A DNA stretch of 32,831 bases from positions 1 to 32,831 of the forward strand of contig JBBMKC010231620.1 in assembly GCA_037834085.1 (NCBI GenBank), read 5' to 3'. The translations under genes and the position numbers were made by a program. The notes beneath the pieces were generated by a model. That model did not search any database. It was not told the DNA's origin and saw only the letters and a list, made by a program, of their open reading frames with translations. Shown piece after piece: positions 23,501-32,831 of the stretch. How positions within the stretch are numbered: position 1 is the first letter of the stretch; every line of letters begins with the position of its first letter. This DNA comes from Bipalium vagum. Its lineage: Eukaryota.

Positions 23501-25383
23501 TTTCTTTGAAGATGAGACTGTTAATGGCCAAAATTATCTATTAATGCTTCAAGACTATTTTATGTTTGAAGTGAGGAAAATGTACAAAGTACGGTCTCTG
23601 GTATTTTAGCAAGATGGAGCTCCTGCGCATTTTTCAACAAATGTACGACGGTATCTTGACGCTCATTTTCCGAACAGGAGGATTGGAAGAGGTGGTTCAA
23701 TTTGATGAGCTCAATGTTCACCAGATTTAACTCCTCTTGACTTCTATTTAAAGAATAAGATATAAAAATCTAAAATCAAAAATATTGACGACTTGAAAAC
23801 AAAAATCACCGAAGAAATAAAAAGTTTTACCACAGAAGCTTTGAATAGCGTATTTTTAAATATTGTAAAAAGGATGAGTTTATGTATATCAGTGAATGGT
23901 AGTCATTTCGAAAAATTGCGATAAATATTTTTATATAAAATAAAAATTGAAAGATTTGTCTTTAATTTTATAAAGCAAGTAATTAAATATCTCAATCTGC
24001 TTAAGAAATATTTAAGTTTACTTTCGGTGGGGACTTATGGGACACCCTGTATAATATTTTAAGAATAAACTTTTTCAGTTCTGCCAGTCAGATTGTTTTT
24101 TACATAAAATATTTTAAATGCAACAGTTTTGAGTGTCGAGTAGTTCTTTAATTCCACAGAAATCTTCGTATCGACAGTATATATTAAATATGCCTACATT
24201 ATAATCGAAAACGTTTGTTCCAAAACCTTTTTTCATAAATTGAATTTAATGAAATTCAACCTAAAATTACATAACAGTTAAATCATGTTTTGACACTATT
24301 TTAGAAAATTCCAAAAATTTTATTTTTAAAAAATAAATATTTAAGACATGAATTCATAATTTTGAAAAGATGGTTAAAAAATTATATTATTTTAAATTTT
24401 GTATTCAACTCTTGTTCTAGATACTGAAATAAAGAAAAAGATTCCATATACGTTTATTCTTATTTGTACGTGTAAATTTCCAAACTAGTTATCCTTATTT
24501 ACTGTACAGATTAATTATCTTAATGTGTATTTAAAGTTATTAATGAGTACTCCATGTCTTTTTAAATTCAGTTTGTCTTTCAAAGTTCAAATTATTTTAA
24601 TTTTTATATGAGGTTTTTATTATTTACAAAGAGATTCATTTTGGTTTTCTTATAGAATTCAAAGCAGATAAATCCAGTTTTGCAGGATTTTGCTTGCTTA
24701 ACTAATCAAATCAAAAACCTTCGTAGGATGGCGGAAAATATATTTAATGTACAGAATTCAAATAATGCTGAAAAACCTCGTATAAACGATCAATCATTTG
24801 ATCAAAACATATCCACAAAAAGTATTCACTGTCAAGATGATATCAATAAATCGGCCATGTCCAAACCAATTGCAGAGGTTTGTCTCCTGCATCTGATATA
24901 TGTTTGTACATAACAATTTAGACAACATTGTCAATGTTTAACCAGTCCAGTTATAGGTCACTGCTTAATCAGGTCAATAATACAAAAACCGAATTAAATT
25001 CTGAATGCACCTCCATATCAGATAGCGACACAACCTGTTTCTTTAATAACGAAGATCAACTTTCAACTCAGAATTTGCTTCGAAGATGTTCGCATCCTAA
25101 AGGAAAATCAAAACTTGAAAATCATTTAACTCATGAAGAACTTCATAATTATATAAAAAGAAAATGTTATAACGATAATGGAGATCACCCAATTCATCGA
25201 AGGCAATCAATACCCCAAAGTAAACTATATCAGAAACGTTTCCAGGAACAAGAAGTAAATGGCTATTGTAAATCTGACGATTTTTGCATTTGTCATTTTA
25301 AAAACGAAACTCATTCCAACAAATTAATCTGTCCTGAGTGTAATCAGCAATTACCAATCATTCAAAATGAGTTCTGTACTTGA
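20550..25383 (+). CDS. Hypothetical ~542 aa protein with several predicted coiled-coil segments, 6 exons
   Basis: Exons 20550-20900, 21020-21195, 21247-21574, 21623-21712, 24656-24877, 24922-25383 join in frame with GT-AG introns (1629 nt including TGA). Heptad-like stretches ELNNLMRAQQRLTCQIEQLKCEI and KLKEIDCDINLLKVDIDKIKRDL. No recognisable domain. Confidence 0.75.
22945..24049 (+). mobile_element. Tc1/mariner DD41D (rosa/VS-type) transposon, 5'-truncated, in an intron
   Basis: FSEIGSVKDLERSGRPR, FSDKATF, VNKHNVRYWS, KVNVWCAL..IIGPYFF, QDGAPAH...SPDLTPLDF with exactly 41 codons between the second and third D, GSHFEKLR*. Ends GGGACACCCTG|TA. Confidence 0.9.
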
Positions 25384-26075
25384 TAATAATTGTAACTATG
25401 ATTTTTAGAGTTCCATGAATTAACGATAGTCAATAATTATGAAATTACTTAATTTTGAGCATATCTTAAATAAAGTAATTTTACTTCATTCTTTTATTTT
25501 TATTGTTCATTATTGAAAGAACTGCGCGAAAACTTATCACAACTATGTTGCAGTGATTAGTTTTAATTTATAGGAACTTTGATTTTTCCTTAAGTATTTT
25601 TCTAAAGTTCCATTAATATTTTGAAGACATTGTCATGTTGTAAATCCAGTTACTCAAAGGTGACTGATGTATATATTGAGATTTGCAGGAAACTCAAATC
25701 AGAAAGAAAGAAAGTAGTTGGTACAGCGGATAAGAAAGATAAAAGTTGGAACACTTGAACAGGTATTAATGGATATAAAATGATAAATATTCAATTGTAC
25801 TCGTAATAAAAATTACGAATATTTTCTTTTACGTTGTATTTCTAATATTATACTAAATTTAATGAAACTAGACTTTATTTTGTAAAGAAAAATCTTCCGG
25901 AATATTGAACAGAACATTTTTATTTTTAAATCACACAAGAGTCCATAAAGGGTAAAATATTTAATTGTTTGCAGTGTACTATATTACTACTTAAATTTCT
26001 AAAAGTTGAATATTTACCAATAATAAAAGTATTTTTTAATTTTTAATGATATGTACAACATAAACCCTTTTAGTT

Positions 26076-26990
26076 ATGGGGTCGAGAAAAACATTAATGG
26101 TCGAAGAAGTCGTACAACTTAAAATATACAAAGAAATTAACTTTTCAAATCGGAAATTATTTAGATTGGTCAAAAAGTTTCATAAAAAACTTGTAACTAC
26201 GGTCTCAGTAAAGGACTAAAGGGTAACTCAAAACTCACTTCTTATCAGAAATATAAGATCAAATATGAAGCGATACAGGCTAGATTAAGTGCACTACAAA
26301 TAAAGAATAAACTTTTATTAATAGGTTAAACAGCACATTACTAATTTATTGTGTCAAGACAAGAATATTAAATGGAAGAAAATGATAAGAAAGCCGAAGC
26401 TAACAAAGAAGTACAAAAATGCTAGACTTGATTGGGCTAGGAAATAGAATGGGGTAAAGTAATTTTTTCTGACGACAAAAAAAGGACCTGATACATATGG
26501 TTATTATTGACATAATTTGCATGATCAAGAAGTGCATAGATTTGTTAGGTTGGCTAAAGGCACAAAACTCGATAATAATAATAACAATGGTCATAAAGAA
26601 ATAAAAGTCTCGCTGTCGAGGCTATGATGTGAGGTTAATATTTCTTTTGTTTTTGGAGAATAGGGAAATAAACTCCGTCATCTGAGTAATTAATTCCTTT
26701 GTCTAATCTTGTCTCGGAGTTTCCAGTTTCCAGATGAAAGAAAGTTACAGTAGTCCCAGTAAATATTTGATTTTTATGCAAACAATGATAATGCAAGAGG
26801 ATTTACCAAGGGAATCCACCGAGTTTGGGAATCCCTAGGTGTTCTGCAAGAACATAAAGAAAAAAGATGTTTTAATTAGTTTTTTGGATAATAATGCAAA
26901 TGAAAATTTTATATTTCAACAATCTGTATTTCCAAAATAACAAAAATGTTGTTTTCAAAGAGCAAATAACTTTACTTGAATGGCCTGCCT
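26076..26990 (+). mobile_element. Decayed Tc3-like transposon interrupted by an unrelated ~250-bp insert
   Basis: N-terminal HTH-like MGSRKTLMVEEVVQLKIYKEINFSNR; KVIFSDDKK-GPDTYGYY*H (cf. FSDEKKFNLDGPDG..YYW); ENFIFQQ; ITLLEWPA. Confidence 0.7.
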
Positions 26991-27225
26991 GAAATCCGGT
27001 TATCAACTCCTACATGTTTGAAACAATTAATTATAATCGAATTCTGTATATTAATCCACACCGAAGAAATCCATGCTACCGCATGTTTAACAGTAATTGT
27101 TTGCAAATGTTTCAATACGTTTTCATTTATCTCACTTACTGTCAGCAGGTAATTCAATAAAAGTTGACGATACCGAAGCTTGAAATTTTAGAAGTGTTCC
27201 AAAACATATGGACGGCATTGTATTT
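26990..27225 (-). mobile_element. pogo/Tigger (DDE_1) transposase fragment
   Basis: NFKLRYRQLLLNYLL...ITVKHAVAWISSVWINIQNSIIINCFKHVG, the typical C-terminal end of the DDE_1 domain. Confidence 0.75.
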
Positions 27226-28535
27226 GAAAGTAATAGTGATTTTATAAATTGAGCGTACTGATGATTTGGTTGTGATAACGTTTTATATTACAATCGTTGC
27301 GTTAAACTCCCTTTTCGTTTGTAGATTGTATTGAAGCTCTGGGTAACTGCAGGCTGTTTGTCAGAAAATACAAATAAAAGATATGCACAGATATTGTCAC
27401 AAAATGGCAGATTCATTGCTTCTTTTTTGCAAACTTTGGAACTAGAATTGATTGAATTGTTGGTTTAGGGATTGTTGTTGATTGAAGGGTTGTTGTTGGT
27501 GTTGTTGGTTGAGGGAGTCTCCACAATTCTGTTCCTTTGAATAACTGCATTTCATTATTGAAAGAAATGTTTGCAGACGATCCACCAAATAGAACCCGAC
27601 TAGTCTCAACACAGATTCCGTGCTGATTTTCAAATCTTCTGATAGACAAACGTAGAAGACACAGAAGTCTCAGCCTCGCCCTGGATTTAAACAACTAAGA
27701 GGAATTTATCATGAATTATATCAAAACTAACATCTGCTCTTAAAAGGAATCAATCAGTACCTGGCTCTACCGGTATCAATCATCGATGGGATCATAAGGG
27801 TTATAGATATGCACAATAAAAAGCTAAATAAGATAGATAATTTAATTAGTCTTAAAGAGAATATTGCGTTTTGCTTTTATAGGTGTGGTTTTGTGGTTTT
27901 AAAATATTTTTGAACTGGCTTTTTGATTTAGCAGCCCGTCCTCATCACAATTTCAAACATTTTAATAAGAAGATCTACTGTATATTGTATAATGTGCGGT
28001 AACCAGTTATACTGTGCTTTGTATGTATTACTAATATACTAAAAAGGAACACTACCATAGCGAACATCAATTATGAAGGTAGTCCCACAACCTTAATCTA
28101 CCATATAGTCAGTGGCTAAACAAAATCAGCCATCGGGGTCGCGTCTCTACACTGATATGATCATTTTCAGTTAGGATGGATTTCATAACCATAATTAATT
28201 TTCAAAATCCAGTGTTTGTTCAGTTTTCGAACTCGTTTACCTTATGATATTATAATTTCTAAATCAGTTCTATTGACGTTAAAATATTCAAATCAATAAT
28301 ATACGAAAATCTTTTCGATCCTATGCAAATTATTATTTATTATCAAGAATATTTCATTATTTTAAAATACAAATTACAATTTAATTTAACTACTTCTTTA
28401 ATTTTCAAATAAATATTAGGTATAATTATTTATTTTGTTTATTGTTTTGTCTAATAGAAATCAAGAATTCTTTTTTAAACTGAAATTTACAATGTCTAGA
28501 GTAAAAGCGTATTTGAAATCTTTTTTTAATTTCAT

Positions 28536-31500
28536 ATGACTAAAAAATCCATATATATTTCGAAAAGTCTGTTCGAGCTACAAAAAATATCAGAAATAAA
28601 ACCTGAATTATACAATGTTAAAATATCTTGTCAATTACTGGACAAGTTATATGAAAAATTTGAAATATCTTTTCTCGAACAGGATGAAGAAATGGCGTAT
28701 ATATATGTGATGAGATATTTGTCATTATTTAATGAAGTTATAAGATCATTTAAAAGAGATATAGTAATTAGTATTTGATATAAAACGTTTTGTAAAGCCT
28801 ATATAGAAATATATCAATGCTCTTAATAATCCCGGAAAAATCAACCTGGCATTTGAAAGAGCTGCCAAATTAAAACTGAGTTTAAAAGCAAGATATGAAC
28901 AGTTTGATCTTAAACATGGTGAAAATGTTGCAGGTATGACATTCGAATTTTATTTGTTTTTTCTGAAGAAGTCTGATTTTCTAACAAAAATTATGAAATT
29001 TCAATTTTTTTTTATTTTAACATCTATTAAATTCTCAACATATGGGTCACAAACCCGTTGGGGGTTGACAAGGATCTCCTAAGACAATCGGAAATATGTT
29101 TGTTGTCTATTCTGTGGTGTAAAATTTTTCATTGGAATAACATTTTGTTCATTTATAGTTACTATTTTTACTATAATTATTATTCTAGGATAAATGTTGC
29201 AAATAAGCGAATCAGAATGATTTCAAACATTTTTATAGAGATTTTTATAGTTTAAATTACTGTTCATCAAAAGACATGACGTTAAAGTATAGAAATAAAA
29301 ATAATCGGTAAGTACTGGTATTTTATCACGATAGTCCTGGATATCACTAATTAATGAATAAACTTTTAAAAAAATCAAAATTTTGGTGTAAGGTTCTATC
29401 AACTTTTTCGCTCTTCACAGCATACCTTACAGGGTAAAAAATTTCAGTTTTTAATACCTACCAAAATTCTCATGGAACAATATTTCACTCAAAACCCCAT
29501 GTGGATTTTTTCAATGGTGGTATTATGAAACCACCGAATCAATGAAAACCGATTAATAAACATGACATATAAATAAATATCAATATCAATATAATTAAAT
29601 ATAAATATAAATTATTTGATAAATATATACCTGTACTTTAAAAGATTTTCCTTAAATCTCTTAGAAAATCGAGTCGTTTTTCCGTTTAGGCTAATGTTAA
29701 AAACAAGACGAATTTTTTCACCATCCTGTCATATTTTGAAAAATATCAAATCTTGATACAATAATACTTTCTATCTGTTACAACGTGTTTCACGATAATT
29801 TTATATTTTTAATAGTTTATTATTTTTTGTTTTTTCTTATCGAATATTTTCTACATTTTTAGTGAATTGTGGATTTTTCAATAATTTTCTTTTTTGATTA
29901 CGGTTTGTATCCCAGAATCGGAAACCAGTCGGAACAAAGTAATAATGTCAAAGAGTCTTGTGAGTGCAGAAAATGATTCGACCAGTACCAATCTAAATTC
30001 CAAGTCTTACATTGATTTTTCAGTGAAGCATTCAAAAAATCAAATCAGTCCACCAGACGAGATCATGTCTGTTCACAGTGTCGCAATTAAAAGCGATTAT
30101 ACTCAGGGATCTAGTTTTATGAAAATGAGAGATTCGTTAACAACTAAAAGTCAAAGCAAACCAAGGTTAATTTTATATAAATATTTATATGGTTCATTTT
30201 TGAGTAAAAACTTGGTTGTCCTGCTTGAAACCACGCAATGGCGATTTTACATTACTGGACACTTTTCGGGATCGCCTCAATTTTATTTCAATCTGTACAT
30301 ATCCAAATTCATCATTTTGCCAGGTGGCAGCAGCTCAGAGAACCCACACATTAAAACATGAAACCTGGCTTAGTTTATGTAAATGATATCATTTGTCTAA
30401 TTATACAAAAAATTAAGTACAATATGACAATTTGTGTCAAGATGATGAATAAACAATCAACGAGAGACTATGTTTGGAATTGCATTCTTCATGAATTCAG
30501 TAAAAGAAAAGCTTTTGAAAGCAACTTACAGTAATAATGCTGTGTATCCTGAAGTCAATGGAAGTTAAAGCATATCAGTCTTGATTTTTCAGATATAGAA
30601 GAAGAAAATTTGATTTGAATGACGTTCCATACGTCTTTTTGGTATTAATCTAACAAAAAATGTTGACTGAGTTTTAGACTTAGCGAGGTTGGATGAAGTA
30701 AAAATATATCTTCATATAAAGGCATTTGGTAAAACTAGCAAAGCTGGAAATTAAATCCCGTATGAATTGAAAATTTTCCTAAAGTTTGTAAGACTAACAA
30801 TCTGAATATTACTGCTTTCCAAGCATCATGACTTTATTTTTCTACAGATTTTCATATTTCATAATCTTGGCCATCTTTATGTGAATTCAGCACTACATCA
30901 AACCAACCTCTACTATTTTGGACTTCCGGGACTTCTAGTCAGTAAAATGAAGAATTCAAAAAAGATTATTTTTATCTCACTTGACTGTTGGCAGCAAGAA
31001 ATTGATTCAAATGCTGACAGTCCTTTGGTCTCTGTTTATTGTCCACTTTTATAACTTTGGTCGGCAATTTATAGCAAAACTGGATATAAAAGTCGATAAA
31101 TTACTTTATTTTAAAAAAAATTATAAATATTTTTTATTTGTTGTTTATTGTTTCAAATATTTTTAGTGATTGAAATTTGGAAAATAAAGTCACAACTTTT
31201 GCGAGATGAGTAAAAAATCAATAAAATAACTTTTCAAAATATAATTATAAAACTTTCTCTTAAATGACCTATATTAACAGTTATCTATTACATTTAATTA
31301 AAATTTAATAAGTTCTTTCAGCTTTCCAAAAAATTTGACAGAATTAACATCAGATCAAGTTCAAAATTTTAACCCAGTCTATAAAAACGTGGTTGGTTTT
31401 AAAATTATTATGGGTTTCCTTCTTCTAACGAATGTTTCATTAAGAGTCCAGGACAGACGGGTTTGAGAAATTTGGGGAATACATGTTACATGAATAGCAT

Positions 31501-32072
31501 TTTACAAGCATTAAGTAACACGTATTTTCTAACCCATTACATTCTTTCAGAAAGTTACAAAAAGGATATCAATCCGACCAATCCCTTGGGATTTGGAGGA
31601 GAGATAATCACCGAGTATGCTTTATTGATAATCGCTTTATGGAAGGGGGCTTATAGTGACATATGCCCATCTGATTTTAAGCACATGATTGAAACTAAAA
31701 ATGAAATGTTTCGTGGTTATGAGCAACATGACAGTCAAGAATTTCTGCTATTCTTCCTTGATGGACTCCATGAGGATTTGAATTGTGGAACCAGGGGTAT
31801 TGCCAGACTTAATTCCGATAAGCAAAATCTGACAGATAGTGAAAAGGCACAACATTCGTGGAAAAATCATATCACGCTGAACAATTCCTTCATAGTTCAC
31901 TTGTTCCAAGTGAAAGCTTTGAATATTGTTTTCAAAATGTTATTTGACTGTATAGGGACAATATCGTTCCAAAATTATATGCGATCACTGCCGAATATCA
32001 TCGGTTACGTTTGACGTGTTCATGTACCTCAGTCTTCCTTTGGCGTCCATTCAAAATAGATGTACTCTTGAG
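28536..32072 (+). CDS. USP8: Ubiquitin carboxyl-terminal hydrolase 8 (USP8/UBPY), 5' six exons; gene continues beyond the window
   Basis: Exons 28536-28763, 28807-28933, 29916-30165, 31322-31391, 31445-31909, 31956-32072 join in frame with GT-AG introns. N-terminal MIT/dimerisation domain (IYISKSLFEL..DEEMAYIYVMRY..PGKINLAFERAAKLKLSLKARYE); USP8-type pre-catalytic QVQNFNPVY; Cys box TGLRNLGNTCYMNSILQ; QHDSQEFLLFFLDGLHEDLN; FQGQYRS..FMYLSLPLAS. The His box is not in the window. Confidence 0.93.
30205..30370 (-). mobile_element. mariner transposase internal fragment in a USP8 intron
   Basis: ELLPPGKMMNLDMY..EKCPVM*NRHCVV, cf. mariner ELLPPG.TINS..Y..KRP.L.NR.GVVF. Confidence 0.6.
30400..30790 (+). 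mobile_element. mariner transposase N-terminal relic in a USP8 intron
   Basis: RDYVWNCILHEFSK..AVYPE..ENFDLNDVP-like segments, cf. mariner HTH 'HCMLYEF..AVY..GNFDLED.PRSGRP'. Confidence 0.55.
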
Positions 32073-32831
32073 GTTAGCTATTTGAAACCCATTGTTTTTT
32101 AATTCTCTTTTATAATGTATTATGATAATCTGCAATAATTTTAAAATTCTTTGAGATTTAATTATGGATCTTTAATGTTAGCCTATTCTTTTTTTTCGAC
32201 CATCACAAGGTATTTGGTCGTGCTGAAAGTCCATTCGATTTTATTTGTGTATTAAAATTAAAATTATTATTTTAAGGTGATTTTTAGAAAGAAATCAATA
32301 ATTATCTCATAATTTTAATTCGTTTTAATACTAACCTAGTGTATCACACTGTAAAGTACACACCTCATTCATTTTTTTTAAAAACAAGCTTCAAACTATT
32401 CAATGATAATGAAAATGAATTTTTCATATTTTTATTTTCTCAAAGGAAAAATATTACTGAACTAAAAAGGTAATAAGAGTAGTTTCAGAGAATGTAGTGA
32501 CCGATTAGGATTGTTAAAAATATTTTAAAAACTGTTTTGAGTTTTAAATCTCAGAATTTTTTGACTAAAAAATAATCTGTCATTCATATCAAGAGAAATA
32601 AAAATAATTGATCAAAAACCCTTCTTTAAAATAAAAATATAATACGTTTTCAAACAAAACCAATTTTTCCTTTGACACCGCAATTAAATAATATCTATCT
32701 TTGATCTGCAATTCCTCAATTTTGAGAAAATTTCATATTTTTGGAATGGGTACAAAAAAAGATTTCACCAGAAAAAATCTATATATTAAAGTATTGTAAA
32801 ATCACAATACCAACTCAGTGCGGGAAATATC

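Noticed and set aside
25680-25790. LQET..WYSG string resembling a LINE endonuclease
   Set aside because: Too short and degraded to support a call.
26807-26840. Imperfect GC-rich stem ending near CTAG, suggesting a Helitron 3' end
   Set aside because: Only 10/12 pairing, CTAG lies within the stem, and no 5' TC end was identified.
30166-30361. C-terminal half of ORF 29894..30361 as USP8 coding sequence
   Set aside because: It reads through the donor at 30166 into an intron containing an antisense mariner fragment.

Overview
Very AT-rich eukaryotic (metazoan) genomic DNA. Strongly diverged animal genes and many ~41-55 nt introns suggest a reduced or fast-evolving animal such as a myxozoan-like parasite (inference only). 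I reconstructed three spliced host genes by hand: (1) a minus-strand, 15-exon jitterbug/FLN-2-type filamin (20214->6218) with ~9 Ig repeats and no visible actin-binding CH domains; (2) a divergent plus-strand, 6-exon ~542 aa unrecognised coiled-coil gene (20550-25383); (3) the 5' part of USP8 (28536->beyond window), which appears to lack the rhodanese, WW-like and 14-3-3-binding middle region. Large introns and intergenic DNA hold decayed transposons (Ty3/Gypsy, Chapaev3, Tc1, Tc3, mariner, DD41D, pogo/Tigger, a piggyBac-type MITE). The first ~3 kb contains a decayed Polinton/Maverick (adintovirus-like) element largely invisible in the ORF track: the N-terminal region of a protein-primed DNA polymerase B, an HTH-like gene, a 'GGFLPLIP...GxGL'-type virion protein gene and an adjacent nested hairpin with 31-bp perfect arms. 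All family assignments come from motif recognition, not database searches.
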